Origin: Candidatus Marinacidobacterales bacterium
Lineage (GTDB): Bacteria; Acidobacteriota; Vicinamibacteria; Marinacidobacterales; SMYC01
Reading direction: 5' to 3'
DNA length: 64,000 nt
Assembly (NCBI GenBank): GCA_965237955.1
Contig: OZ250169.1
Location: 6,752,001-6,816,000 of the forward strand
Shown: piece after piece, positions 1 through 10,472 of the stretch
Numbering within the stretch: the first letter of the stretch is position 1
Layout of the letters: every line of letters begins with the position of its first letter
The notes under the pieces: model-generated
Seen by the model: the letters and a program-made list of their open reading frames with translations, nothing else
The model's database searches: none
What the model was told of the DNA's origin: nothing
Program-made: the position numbers and the translations under genes

Positions 1-315
1 AACCAGCCGTACGCGCTCGTTGTGGTCGACGTGTCGTTCATATCGCTCACGAAAGTCCTTCCGGCGCTCGCGTCGATTCTCAGACCGGGAGGTCATATCC
101 TCATGTTGGTGAAACCGCAGTTCGAGCTGAGTCCGCCGGAAATCGAGCACCGGGGTGTCGTCCGCGATTCAAAGAAACACGACAAAGCGATCGAAAGCGT
201 GAAAACGAAAGCCGCCGAGCTCGAGTTGTCCGTACTCGCCGTCGCTCCATCACCCATCAAGGGCGCGACTGGTAACCAGGAGTTTTTCCTACTGGTGCAA
301 TCCAATGAAAACTAA
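1..315 (+). CDS. tlyA: TlyA family rRNA methyltransferase/hemolysin A, 3' part (runs off window start)
   Basis: DVSFISL, LVKPQFE, GVVRD and SPIKGATGNQEFF motifs; directly upstream of NAD kinase as is typical. Confidence 0.88.
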   Translation, partial: NQPYALVVVDVSFISLTKVLPALASILRPGGHILMLVKPQFELSPPEIEHRGVVRDSKKHDKAIESVKTKAAELELSVLAVAPSPIKGATGNQEFFLLVQSNEN

Positions 316-1216
316 AAAGCCGAAGCTGAAGAAAGTCGCAATCGTGGCCAAGGCTCACGCCAAAGAGGCCCCCGACGTCGTGCGCGATCTAACCAAATGG
401 CTCGACGAGCGCGGAGTCCAGCCGTACTTGGAATCTTCCCTCGTGGTAAAAGTGGGAACCGGCGCCAGCTTCTCGTTGGACAAGATGCCGAAAGACGCCG
501 ACATGTTCATCGTGCTCGGTGGCGATGGAACCCTGCTCTCGGTAGCGCGCGCGATGCGCTCCCGGCAGATTCCCATCCTCGGCGTCAACCTCGGAAGCCT
601 CGGGTTTCTCACCGATGTCTCCCTCAAGGACCTCTACGAAACGCTCGAGAGTGTCTTTGATGGCGATGTCACCATCGTTCCGAGAACGCTCCTCACCGCC
701 GAGCTCGTGCGCAAAGGCGAAACCATCGTTACCGAGCGCGTTCTCAACGATGTGGTGATCACCAAAGGCGCCATCGCCCGCATCATGGAGCTCGGCGTGG
801 ACGTGGAAGACCAGTTCGTCGCGATCGTGCGCGCGGACGGCCTCATTGTCTCGACGCCAACGGGCTCGACCGCGTATTCGCTCGCCGCCGGTGGTCCGAT
901 CGTGCATCCGATGCTCGATGCGATGGTCCTCACGCCGATTTGTCCCCACACCCTCACCTACCGTCCCGTGGTCATTCCCGATCGCGCCACCATCGCGCTC
1001 ACGCTCCGAGGCGACCCCGGTGAGGTGTACGCGACCTTCGACGGCCAGGTCAGCGAGCCGCTGAAACCCGGCGACGTCGTTCGGGTGAGAAAAAGCCGCA
1101 ACGCAGTGAAGCTCGTCAGCGTTTCCGACAAGAACCACTTCCAGGTGCTCCGTCACAAACTTCGGTGGGCCGAGCGGCCGCGGGGACGCAGGTCAACGGC
1201 ACCTCCCAAACCGTGA
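305..1216 (+). CDS. nadK: NAD(+) kinase
   Basis: LGGDGTLL, GVNLGSLGFL, NDVV and DGLIVSTPTGSTAYSLAAGG motifs. Confidence 0.96.
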   Translation: MKTKKPKLKKVAIVAKAHAKEAPDVVRDLTKWLDERGVQPYLESSLVVKVGTGASFSLDKMPKDADMFIVLGGDGTLLSVARAMRSRQIPILGVNLGSLGFLTDVSLKDLYETLESVFDGDVTIVPRTLLTAELVRKGETIVTERVLNDVVITKGAIARIMELGVDVEDQFVAIVRADGLIVSTPTGSTAYSLAAGGPIVHPMLDAMVLTPICPHTLTYRPVVIPDRATIALTLRGDPGEVYATFDGQVSEPLKPGDVVRVRKSRNAVKLVSVSDKNHFQVLRHKLRWAERPRGRRSTAPPKP

Positions 1217-1228
1217 TTGGATCTAGAT

Positions 1229-1708
1229 CTAGACCTTCGAAGACACTTTGGCCAGCTTGCAGATCATCTTCCACTCCTCGGCCGTCACTTCTTGCACCGA
1301 CAGACGCTGGCCGCGCCTGAGAAGCGCCATCCCTTCGAGTACGGACACTTCCCGCAGCATATCGAGCGACCACGGTTCGCCGAGCTTGTCGACAAACTCG
1401 ATGTCGACCATGAACCAATACGGCTTGTCCTCGCTCGCTCGCCGGTCGTAGTACTTGTTCTTCTTGTCGAACTGCGTGAAATCAGGGTACGCCTCCTTGC
1501 ACACCCGGGCGATGCCGACGATCGCTTTCGGATCCGCGTTCGAATGGTAGAAGAACACCCCGTCCCCGAGCTTCATCTCTCGCATGTTGTTGCGCGCTTT
1601 GAAGTTTCGGACGCCGTCCCAGTAGCTCGTCTTGTCTTTCTTCAAGTCGTCGATGCTGTACACATCGGGCTCGCTCTTCATGAGCCAGTAATTTTTCTTC
1701 GGTGCCAT
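1229..1708 (-). CDS. EVE domain-containing protein
   Basis: YWLMKSEP...WDGVRNFKARNNMREMKLGDGVFFYHS...RLSVQEV. Confidence 0.92.
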   Translation of the reverse strand: MAPKKNYWLMKSEPDVYSIDDLKKDKTSYWDGVRNFKARNNMREMKLGDGVFFYHSNADPKAIVGIARVCKEAYPDFTQFDKKNKYYDRRASEDKPYWFMVDIEFVDKLGEPWSLDMLREVSVLEGMALLRRGQRLSVQEVTAEEWKMICKLAKVSSKV

Positions 1709-1790
1709 GGTAGCCACTCTAATGCGCCGATCTTCCGCGAGGCAACTGGGACAAAAACGCGGACGGAGTTTGAGCTACAATGCGTGCACT

Positions 1791-2513
1791 ATGAAGACCC
1801 TAGTCGTAAGCATTTTGACCCTGGCGCTCCTCGGTGTATCGGTGGCCCAGGACCGCGATCAAGCCCTTGAAGACGCCGTGTGGGCGAAGCTCAAGAGCGA
1901 AAAGCTCGACAAACAGGTCGCGGAAGTCGTCGCGACCGGCACAAGCGTCATCCTCAGAGGCAAGCCGAGTAACGCGTTCATGAAGATGAAGGCGATCGAG
2001 GCGGCTCTGAGTGTCGAAGGTGTTACGGGCGTGGAAGACGAGCTCGACGTCGCCACCGCTGAAAGCCAGGAGAAGTTCGTGAAGGAGCTCCTGCGCGCAG
2101 TGGCCAATTATTCTCTCTTCACCGTCTTCGACGATGTCGCATTCCAGACCGCGGAAGAAGGGATCGTCGTCTTGAGCGGTTACGTCACCGAGCCAATCAA
2201 GAAAACCGAGCTCGGGGAGCGTGTCGGCAAGGTCACGGGAGTCCGCGAGCTGAAGAACGTCATCGAGGTACTCCCGGCCGGGGGGAGCGACGACCGGATA
2301 CGACGATCGCTCTATAACAACATCTACGGCAACGGCATGTTTACTCAGTACCGTAACCGGGCGCACCCTCCGATCCGGATCATCGTCAACAGGGGCAAGC
2401 TCATTCTGAGCGGCGCCGTGCGCAACCGCATGGAGAAATTGAAAGCGGAGTCGATTGCTCGCTCTACCTTCGGTGTTCTCGGGGTCGACAACCGCCTTCG
2501 AATCAACCCGTAG
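1791..2513 (+). CDS. Secreted multi-BON domain protein
   Basis: Signal peptide MKTLVVSILTLALLGVSVA; three BON-like units ending VEGVTGVEDEL, VTGVRELKNVI and FGVLGVDNRL. Confidence 0.85.
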   Translation: MKTLVVSILTLALLGVSVAQDRDQALEDAVWAKLKSEKLDKQVAEVVATGTSVILRGKPSNAFMKMKAIEAALSVEGVTGVEDELDVATAESQEKFVKELLRAVANYSLFTVFDDVAFQTAEEGIVVLSGYVTEPIKKTELGERVGKVTGVRELKNVIEVLPAGGSDDRIRRSLYNNIYGNGMFTQYRNRAHPPIRIIVNRGKLILSGAVRNRMEKLKAESIARSTFGVLGVDNRLRINP

Positions 2514-2517
2514 AACA

Positions 2518-2859
2518 CTAGGCAGGCGGACGGGTCACTCGATCCAGAGATCGCATCACGGGGAAGACGACGAGAAGCTCGGGCGGAAGCGAGATCGCGC
2601 TGCCGCCGTGTTCCAGCGTCCAGTTCCCCGCTGTCGTGTGCGGTCCCACGAGCACGGCGCCGGCGCCCTCGCTCCCACGGAGAGATCGCAGTCGAAAGAC
2701 CACACGGTCCACTTCGAACCGCCGGGCCATCACCCGCCACGTTTCCGACCCGAGCTGCACCCAATCGCCGGGCCGAAGCTCGGCTGCGGAAAGCGGTTGC
2801 CGTGGCAATCGGATGCGCGACTGCTGGATCAGCCGCGCGATCCGATGCCAGAGGCTCAT
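2518..2859 (-). CDS. Small hypothetical protein, last gene of the psp-like operon
   Basis: 113-aa ORF whose ATG overlaps the pspA stop (ATGA), preceded by GGAGGA; LSAAELRPGDWVQLG resembles a small beta-barrel start. Confidence 0.65.
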   Translation of the reverse strand: MSLWHRIARLIQQSRIRLPRQPLSAAELRPGDWVQLGSETWRVMARRFEVDRVVFRLRSLRGSEGAGAVLVGPHTTAGNWTLEHGGSAISLPPELLVVFPVMRSLDRVTRPPA

Positions 2860-3084
2860 GACGTTTGTTCCTCCTTTTTCTTCTTCATCTTGTCTCGGAG
2901 TTTTTGCATGCGATCGTCGACGGCGTCGTTGACCGCGGAATCTTCAGCTCGACGCCTCAAGTGGTCCCCTCGAAGCTCGTCGTCGAGTTTCAGATACGAT
3001 CGCTCCTCCGCGGCCTGAAGCTCGACCCGCTCGCTGATGCGGTCGAACTCGCTCTGAAGGTTCGCACGTTGCACCCCGACCATA
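2856..3084 (-). pseudogene. pspA: PspA/IM30 family protein, C-terminal part separated by ISL3
   Basis: EFDRISERVELQAAEE...VDDRMQKLRDKM matches the PspA C-terminal pattern; in frame with the N-terminal part once the IS and one TSD copy are removed. Confidence 0.85.
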
Positions 3085-3092
3085 ACCTTTTT

Positions 3093-4476
3093 GGGTCTAC
3101 GCGGGTTCGTGTGGGTTGAAAACGGCATTTCTGGGTAATGGCGGAAGGAATGCCGCCACGATCTTCAGCTTGAGATATCCCTCGTCACGATAGCCGTAGG
3201 CGCGTCGTTGCAGAACACGGATTTTGTTGTTGACCCCTTCAACCAGTCCGAGACTGACTTTGTTCTCAGGATGACAGTAGGAGGCGATACCATCCCAATG
3301 GGACTCAATCATTCCGGCGAACTTCTGGTAGGGATGCAGGCGCTGCCATTTGAGGCTGTCTTTCCAACGTGTGAAAAAGGCGCGAGCCCCGCGTTCGGTG
3401 CGGTAATCCCAGAGTTGCCCGAAGGCCTCCTTCAAAACATAGGCGGTGTTCAGGCGCCGGTTGGCCTGGAGCAACTTCTTGAGTGCGCGGCGACCGTCCA
3501 GGCTCAGGTTCTCCCGCCGGGAAAGCAACGTGTAACGCTGCCCCTTGATATACGACCGGTCCTCGCCGCTGAGGCGTTTGTACTCACGGCGCCGGACCTC
3601 ATCGAGAGCCTTTGACAGGTGACGCATGATATGAAACTTGTCGAAGATGATCCGCGCATTGGGTGCGTTGTTAATCACCGAGTTCCGGAAGGGCTTCCAC
3701 ATATCCATGGCGGCCAGCTTGATACGGGCGCTTTTCTTCCCGCCCAGCGCCTTGAAGAACAAATCGATGTCGGTTTCTTTGCGACCCTCACCGCCCACCC
3801 AGATGGGACGCGCCCGCTCCAGGTCGCTGACAATGACACGATAGTTATGTCCCTTGCGGATGGAGATCTCATCGATACCGATGGCCCGAGGCGCCGGCAG
3901 CCCCGCCCGCTCGACTTGCTCTTGCATGTAGAGCTTATCCAGGTCCTTCACCGTAGTGTGGTGCAGACGTTCCATCTCGGCCACCGCCTTGTTCGGCATA
4001 TCCCGGCACAGCTTGCCCACATGCGTCGCAAAGCGCTGGGTGTAGCGCGGGTTGTTCGCCAGCCAGTCCAAGTGTTCTACATGCACACCACCGCACCCAC
4101 GACAGTTGACGCGCCAACGCTCGTATTCCAGATAGATCCGCCAGCCTGCCAACGACAGGTCGCGGACCCGGCACACTTGCTTGTCATAGCGCCCCCGGCA
4201 CCGATGCCCACAGTACGAGCACACGGCTGTTTTTTTCGCCTCTTGAGCTGGATGACGCGGGCGTATCGGTCACCGAATACACCGTTCAATCGGGCGCCAG
4301 CCACGAAACCTGGTAGCGCAAAAAGCGAGCGGATCGACTGGGGATTTTTCACTCGGTTAGCCTATCCGAAAAACGGATCACTTCTCAGCACCTGATGAAG
4401 TGCTGAATACCTTTTCCACACAATGAGTTACACTATTTCTCCGTCAGCATTCGCCCACAGATTTCCGCGTAGACCC
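3093..4476 (-). mobile_element. ISL3 family insertion sequence (1384 bp)
   Basis: Terminal IRs GGGTCTACGCGG...TGTGGG at both ends; 8-bp target duplication ACCTTTTT at 3085-3092 and 4477-4484. Confidence 0.95.
3097..4352 (-). CDS. ISL3 transposase in two overlapping frames (probable -1 frameshift at A-AAA-AAC, 4229-4236)
   Basis: Zn-finger CSYCG/CRGCG, IGIDEISIRKGHNY, MDMWKPF, FDKFH, EGVNNKIRVLQRRAYGYRD. Confidence 0.9.
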
Positions 4477-4940
4477 ACCTTTTTAATGGCCCGACGTGCC
4501 TCCCCTTGACGCATCTGCGCCTGCAGGAGCTCCAGCCGCGAGCGCGCCTTCTGGAGGCGGTCGTGCATCTGGGTAATGGCCTCATGGATCTCCTCGGTCT
4601 CCTCGCTTTGCGTTCGAAGCTCGTCGCGCAAGCGGTCGCGCTGACGCTCGGCTTGCTCGAGGCGGCGCACCATGTCGCGGGCGCCGTCTTCGTCGCCTTT
4701 TTTCATCGCTCTTTCGGAGGCTTCCTGCCATTGTTTCATGTCCTTTTCGTGGAACGCGATGCGGCTTCGAAGCCGGTCTTCGTTCGCCATCGCGCGCGCG
4801 ACCGCACGCTTGGCCGATTCGAGCTCCTCTTCCATATCGAGGACGAGCTGGTTGAGCGAGCGCTCGGGATCCTCGAACTTGATCAGGACCGCATCGATGC
4901 TGCCCTTTACGAGCAAGGTAAATCTTTGGGTAACGTTCAT
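4477..4940 (-). pseudogene. pspA: PspA/IM30 family protein, N-terminal part
   Basis: EDPERSLNQLVLDMEEEL...ARAMANE...WQEASERAMKKGDEDGAR coiled-coil pattern of PspA/Vipp1; reconstituted length about 230 aa. Confidence 0.88.
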
Positions 4941-4975
4941 GGTCAATCTCCTATCTGCCTATATGGTTGAGTTGG

Positions 4976-7900
4976 TTAGTACCAACCGACGAGCTGGCGG
5001 CCAAAGACACGAATCTGTTGCGCCAAACCCTCTCGCCGGTGTTCGAGATAAGCGGCAACCGTCATGAGCGCGACCCCGAGAAAAACACCTCCCACCCACA
5101 GCAGAAGCGGCTCGGTGGCGCGGATCATGATGACGAAGCACGCGAGATCGATGACGAGCGCGGCCGTCGACACGGTGAGAAGCGGACGGCTTCGGAGCCA
5201 GAAACTGGCCGTGCCGAATCCCACAGTGAGCAGCAACAGCACTGCCTGCCATGCCCACGTGATCTCGTCATAGAGTGCTAAGACCGGGGTCGCGTAGATG
5301 AACGCAGCCCCCGCGGTGAAGATGTGCCGACTCCACCGCGGTCCCATCTCCTCCGACAACAGAAGCGCCAGCGCCACCAAAGTGAATCCCGGCGCGAGCG
5401 AGTAGAACTCGAGGCCGACTCCTTGACCCGAGGCGATGGCGAAGAGGCCAAAGCCGAGAAACGACGCGGACAGCACCGATGGAAGCACTCGGTTGGCCTC
5501 GCGAGACGCAAGAATCAAGTAGAAGACGCTCGCGAGAAACAGGGGCCAGGGCTGCAAGCGGACAAGCGCAACCGCGCCACCGAGAAGCGCGAGCGATTGA
5601 CCGGTGAGGATCGACGACGACGCGAGCGACTGGCCGCGCTCGGTGCGCTTCCACAAAGCCGCGAGGCCGTATTGCAACACACCGGTCGCGAGCAACACAT
5701 ACGGTGCGCGACCGTTACCGAAGCTCACCCACCCCGCGTAGAAGCCGACGAGAACGCCGAGCAACAGCCACGCTTGCATCACCCACGCGTGGCCCGCGCT
5801 CTCATGGTGAAAGCTCCGGAGCGCGTGCCGCGTGGCAAACGCGGCGGCGATGGCGAGCATCGATCCGTAGTCCCACGTCGTGAAGATCTCGGTGGGCGCA
5901 AAACCCAGGAAGTAGCCGGACACGACGAAACACTCGAGCGCCGTCGTCCACAGTTGGAGCGGTTTCATCCCGCGGGCCTCGACCAGGACAATCCAGCCGA
6001 GCACGAGGGCCGCGAACAGCGGAAACCCTGATGCGATCGCCTCGACGAGTGCGAGCGGGAAAAACTCGTGAGCCGCCGCCCTCTCGAACCAGATCAAGCC
6101 ATGTGCAAGGACGAGGAGTAGGCTTCGATACGGCGTCTTGCGGTAGAGCATACCGATGAGAACGACGGTGACCGCGAGTGCCAGCGCCTCCGTTCCGACG
6201 AAGCCAAGCACGGCCACGACCGCCGTCATGCGCCAAAAGCGGACGAACCTCTCGACGCTGGGCACCAGGAACCGCGGCGCGAGCGCACGCGCGACCAACA
6301 CGCATCCGAGGGCTACCAGAAGCAACACCGGAACCGACTCGACGAGGCCGAGCGCCGCAAGATGGAACGGCACATACGTGACGAGAAACCCGAGCCCCAC
6401 CGCGGAGTCGGTCTCGTCTTTTTCTCTCAGGCCGTGCCACAGAATCGCCCAACCGAAGAGCGCGAGGATGACCGGTTCGATCGTCACAGCGACTGAGCTC
6501 GTACCCGTACCGAGAGCGACCCACAGCCATAGGACACCGAGCGCGCCGTGGCCGAGTACCGAGAGATGTGCGCCGAACGCCCACGTTGCTTTGGTCGCTT
6601 TTGTCGCTTTTGTCGCGTTTGCCCATCGCAACAGCACGACCGAGGCTACGAACAGCGCCTGTGTGGCGACGACGATCGTGACCATCGACGCCCCGTACGT
6701 GAACGCGAGCTCACCATGGATGCCGAGAGATAACGCACCGATTCCGGCGAGGATGACCGGTGCGAGCTCGAGTCGGTGGCCGAGCGCGAGTAAGAGCACG
6801 CCGGCCAACAAGACTTCGAGAGCACCTCCGCTCGTGAAACTGATGACACCAGAAATACCGATGACGCCGGCCCAGAAAAACGCCGGCCAGGTGAGGTGGC
6901 GCGAGCCGCGGCTTAGCGCGACGACACCGATCATCACGAGCGCGAGGAGCTCCATCCCGTAGGCGCCGCCCCACGCGAGAATCGTCGCGCCGAGCGCCGC
7001 GTGCGCGGCAACGAGCCACTCGCGTCTTCTGGTGATGAAGACCGACAGCAACGCCAGGGCGAGCGCGAGAGGAGCGACGATCTTGGCGCCGGCGAAGCCG
7101 GACAACGCGACGATTGCGATCAAGTGGATGGATGCACAAATCGCGTGTGCGCGACCGGCCTGCTGATATCGTCGGGCGAGTGCGGTGAAAAACAACGCGA
7201 GCCCGAGCTGCCCGAAGCTCAGCTTCGCAGCCGGGGCCACCAACCCCAGGATGTCCGTCAGGCTCACCACTGTTTCCACGGCGATGTGCGGCATCAACCT
7301 CGGGAGAAACACGTAGCCCACAACTGATGCGCACATCGCTAAAACGCGCGCGGGTACGTTGTCGTAGCGGAAGCTCCATCGGAACAAAAGCGTCGCGATC
7401 GCACAAAAGACGATTGCCGGAACCCGTCCGGAAGCATCAAGAAACGCAAACGGTCCCGCAACTACCATGAGCGCGAATCCCACTGCCAAAAACGCCACCG
7501 AGCGACGCGGCCACTCACTCGGACGCGCACGAAGCGATCGGACGAGCGCGTAGTAGTACTCTTCTCCGGTGGTGACGAGCGCGGCGCCCAGAATCAAGAT
7601 CGGAAGCGCGATGTAGGACGTCGGCAGACTCAAAATGCTCAAGCTCGCCGCGTAGAGAACAGCGAGAGCCAGAAACGGCAGTGCGTGGACCGGGCGATCG
7701 ACGCACCCATTAGCGGCGCGGCGGTCGCGATGGAAGAGGAATCGATTGATGTGTTGCGAGCCGACGTGGAACACACCACCGAAACCGATCGCGGCGACGA
7801 TGTAACCCCAGCCGGTCACGTTTAGCAGCGAGAGCAACGGCAAGCTCACCGTCAGCAGAGCGAACGCGACCGGATAGAGAACCCCGTCGTAGCGGAGCGC

Positions 7901-8281
7901 CTCCTTCAGGCAACGGCGGAACGCGCTCAAGAGTGCGATGATCGAGACGCCGTAAACGATCGCGCCTCCAGGAGCGCTCAGCAGATCCAAGTACGCCGCA
8001 CCCCACGACAGGACCGGCACGAGGACCGAGAACAAAAGTTGTAGTGCCGAGCCTGCGATTGGCAGACGCAAGCGGTTTTTGAGCAGCTCACCCGCGCCGA
8101 AGACGCCGAGCGAGCCCGCCACCAAAGTGAGAAACTGCGCCGTCACGGACATCCCGGCCCATTGGGATTCCACGAGGCGATACACCGAGACCGCCAGCAC
8201 CAGGGCGCCGACCGCGAGAAGCCAGCGGATGCCCTGAAGCGACCCGAGCCCGGTGGACTCCGTCGAATGTGTAGCTTTCAT
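4976..8281 (-). CDS. Very large polytopic membrane protein (1101 aa), DUF2157/SCO7613-like termini
   Basis: Almost continuous hydrophobic helices; RBS GAGGAGG upstream; family resemblance from memory only. Confidence 0.8.
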   Translation of the reverse strand: MKATHSTESTGLGSLQGIRWLLAVGALVLAVSVYRLVESQWAGMSVTAQFLTLVAGSLGVFGAGELLKNRLRLPIAGSALQLLFSVLVPVLSWGAAYLDLLSAPGGAIVYGVSIIALLSAFRRCLKEALRYDGVLYPVAFALLTVSLPLLSLLNVTGWGYIVAAIGFGGVFHVGSQHINRFLFHRDRRAANGCVDRPVHALPFLALAVLYAASLSILSLPTSYIALPILILGAALVTTGEEYYYALVRSLRARPSEWPRRSVAFLAVGFALMVVAGPFAFLDASGRVPAIVFCAIATLLFRWSFRYDNVPARVLAMCASVVGYVFLPRLMPHIAVETVVSLTDILGLVAPAAKLSFGQLGLALFFTALARRYQQAGRAHAICASIHLIAIVALSGFAGAKIVAPLALALALLSVFITRRREWLVAAHAALGATILAWGGAYGMELLALVMIGVVALSRGSRHLTWPAFFWAGVIGISGVISFTSGGALEVLLAGVLLLALGHRLELAPVILAGIGALSLGIHGELAFTYGASMVTIVVATQALFVASVVLLRWANATKATKATKATWAFGAHLSVLGHGALGVLWLWVALGTGTSSVAVTIEPVILALFGWAILWHGLREKDETDSAVGLGFLVTYVPFHLAALGLVESVPVLLLVALGCVLVARALAPRFLVPSVERFVRFWRMTAVVAVLGFVGTEALALAVTVVLIGMLYRKTPYRSLLLVLAHGLIWFERAAAHEFFPLALVEAIASGFPLFAALVLGWIVLVEARGMKPLQLWTTALECFVVSGYFLGFAPTEIFTTWDYGSMLAIAAAFATRHALRSFHHESAGHAWVMQAWLLLGVLVGFYAGWVSFGNGRAPYVLLATGVLQYGLAALWKRTERGQSLASSSILTGQSLALLGGAVALVRLQPWPLFLASVFYLILASREANRVLPSVLSASFLGFGLFAIASGQGVGLEFYSLAPGFTLVALALLLSEEMGPRWSRHIFTAGAAFIYATPVLALYDEITWAWQAVLLLLTVGFGTASFWLRSRPLLTVSTAALVIDLACFVIMIRATEPLLLWVGGVFLGVALMTVAAYLEHRREGLAQQIRVFGRQLVGWY

Positions 8282-8304
8282 CGTTGCCTCCTCATCCCCC
8301 CTAT

Positions 8305-8321
8305 TACAAACTCGATGCCAA
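8305..8321 (-). promoter_or_regulatory. Sigma54 -24/-12 promoter for the membrane protein-pspA operon
   Basis: Minus strand TTGGCATCGAGTTTGTA = GG-N10-GT variant of TGGCAC-N5-TTGCA, about 25 nt upstream of the ATG at 8281. Confidence 0.75.
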
Positions 8322-8383
8322 TCGGACGTAGACGTATAAGCCTTTGCCGTCCAGCACTTAAGGGAATGCGCTTGTAGAAAGGG

Positions 8384-8429
8384 GGTCCAGGGTGCATGAT
8401 GGAAACTGCACCTTGGGACCCGTGGTGCA
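8384..8429. promoter_or_regulatory. Candidate upstream activator sequence for the NtrC-type regulator
   Basis: Inverted repeat GGTCCAGGGTGCA-N10-TGCACCTTGGGACC plus a third GGTGCA half-site, 65-110 bp upstream of the -24 element. Confidence 0.55.
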
Positions 8430-8438
8430 CGAAGACCG

Positions 8439-10472
8439 ATGCTGCAGGATCTGGCCCTCTACACGGAGCTTTCGATCTTCCTCGTCGGCACGTTCATGTA
8501 CGGCTTCCTGACGCGCGAGCTTTTCCGCCAGCGCGCCATTCTTCCGGGCAACCGCCCCATCCGGGTTCTCGCGCTGAGCCTCACGATCTGGTACGCCGGC
8601 TCTCTTCTCGACGAGCTCGCAGCGATCCTGTTGCCGGGCCTGATTCCCGGATCGGCGTTCTGGTCAGCGGTGGGTCCCGCGGTCGACGTCGTGCGCGCGT
8701 TCGGTTTTCTGGCGAGCTTCTCGCTTCTCGCACACGCGATCTGGCGCATGGTCGATCCACGGGTCACCTGGCGCTGGCTTTCAATCTGCTACGTGAGCCT
8801 GTTCCTGTTTCTCCCGCCCGCGTTCGACATCTTGCGGGAGCGGCAGATGGTCCTGGCGAACGTCAGCCGCGACACCTACCAAGTGTTCCTTGGACACGTC
8901 ACGCTCACGACGCTCATCTCTGTGTGCCTCATCCTGTGGGCGCGATCGAAACAGATGCGTCGCGACCTGGCGCATTTCTTGCGTTGGCTTCTGGTGACGC
9001 TCGTCGTCGTGGAAGCGCTCGTGCTTCTCGGCGCCACCGTCATCGACGTATGGTCGGAGCCGTTGTGGCGCATTCTCGTTTCGTCGTCGGGCCTCGTTCT
9101 AGGGGTAACGTTTCTATACTTCGTGCGCGCTTACAACTTGCTGAGCTTGTCACTGTCCAACCGGAGTCTCCGTCACTTCGCGAGCATACTTGCTCTCCTC
9201 TTTTTGATACTGCTCGCGGGACCGGCTCTCGGTGCTTCCGGCAATCCGGTGTTTCACCGCGTGCTCGCGTGGGGTTTGCTGCTCGCGGTCTTGGCCGGAC
9301 TCGGGTTCGGTCCGATCACGCGGTGGGCGGTTCGACGATCGCCACGGATGGCACGTCTTTTCGGCCGCAGCATTTCCCGAGACGATGTCTCTGAGCTCAC
9401 CGAAAAACTGCAGGACCTGAACCTCTCCGAGGATGACGCCAAGCAACTGGTTGCTTCTGAAGTCGGTCGCTGGGTCGGCGCCGCAACACGTTTCCTGAAC
9501 ACACCCGAACCGAGTGCGATAGTCCTGTGGTCGTATTTCGGAGAAGCGGGAACACGGGCGTTCAACCGGCTGCGGGCACCCACGGTCGTTGTTGCCGACG
9601 CACTCGTAGCCGGCGAGCTACACGCGGTCTTCCCCATCCGTGTCGGTGGCAACCTCGAAGCCGTGTTCACGATCCCGTCGAGTGCGGTCGGCGGCGGCTA
9701 CGAAGACGGCGAGATGGAGAGCATCCAGCTCGTGTTGAGCCAGCTCGCCGCCGTGATCGAGATCCGGCGCCTCCTCGAAGCACGACTCGCCGCGGAGCGA
9801 AGCCAAGCCGAGCAGGAACGGTTGTCGATGCTCGGAATGGTCTCCGCGTCTCTCGCGCACGAGCTGAAGAATCCTTTGTCATCAATGAAAGCGCTCGCGC
9901 AAACCGTGCAAGAGGAGCTCTCACGCGACGACGCGGACAGCGAGCAAGCAAAGGATCTCGGGCTCATCGTCGAGCAAGTCGACCGGTTGAACAGCATCGC
10001 TCGTGAAGTTCTCGGGTTTTCGAAGCCGGGGGCAAGCGCGGAATCGACCGAGCTCGCGTCGATCATCGAGTCCGCCGCGTATGTGCTCGACCACGAAGCA
10101 CGGCGTCGTGGCATAACGATCGACCTCGACGCGGTTACCGGCAAAAGCGATGCTCCCGGTGCTCCGTCCACGTGGCAAACGGTTGTGTTCAACTTGATGC
10201 TGAACGCCATCCGCCACGCGCCGGACGGCTCGACGGTGCGCTTGCGACTGTCGCGCAACAGCGACAACATCCTGTTCGAATGTGAGAACCAAGGCCCTGC
10301 CATCGAAGAGGACGTGGCGTCGCGGCTCTTCGATCCCTTTGTCACCGGAGCGAGCGGAACCGGGCTCGGCCTCGCTCTCGTCGACCGACGCGTCCGAGAG
10401 ATCGGCGGTGTCATCGAGCTCGTCAACGAGCCCGACCACATCGTCTTCCGAGTCAAGGTTCGAACGCTATGA
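8439..10472 (+). CDS. Membrane sensor histidine kinase (about 9 TM, GAF-like, HisKA, HATPase; PrsK-like architecture)
   Basis: SLAHELKNPL H-box, NLMLNAIRH N-box, LFDPFVT, GTGLGLAL; hydrophobic N-terminal third. Confidence 0.92.
   Translation: MLQDLALYTELSIFLVGTFMYGFLTRELFRQRAILPGNRPIRVLALSLTIWYAGSLLDELAAILLPGLIPGSAFWSAVGPAVDVVRAFGFLASFSLLAHAIWRMVDPRVTWRWLSICYVSLFLFLPPAFDILRERQMVLANVSRDTYQVFLGHVTLTTLISVCLILWARSKQMRRDLAHFLRWLLVTLVVVEALVLLGATVIDVWSEPLWRILVSSSGLVLGVTFLYFVRAYNLLSLSLSNRSLRHFASILALLFLILLAGPALGASGNPVFHRVLAWGLLLAVLAGLGFGPITRWAVRRSPRMARLFGRSISRDDVSELTEKLQDLNLSEDDAKQLVASEVGRWVGAATRFLNTPEPSAIVLWSYFGEAGTRAFNRLRAPTVVVADALVAGELHAVFPIRVGGNLEAVFTIPSSAVGGGYEDGEMESIQLVLSQLAAVIEIRRLLEARLAAERSQAEQERLSMLGMVSASLAHELKNPLSSMKALAQTVQEELSRDDADSEQAKDLGLIVEQVDRLNSIAREVLGFSKPGASAESTELASIIESAAYVLDHEARRRGITIDLDAVTGKSDAPGAPSTWQTVVFNLMLNAIRHAPDGSTVRLRLSRNSDNILFECENQGPAIEEDVASRLFDPFVTGASGTGLGLALVDRRVREIGGVIELVNEPDHIVFRVKVRTL

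Noticed and set aside
1229-1708. EVE protein as part of a modification-dependent defence system
   Set aside because: Stand-alone, no nuclease or toxin partner, housekeeping context
6594-6618. GTCGCTTTT tandem repeat in the giant membrane gene as a phase-variation tract
   Set aside because: The 9-bp unit keeps the frame (ATK x3); a simple loop expansion
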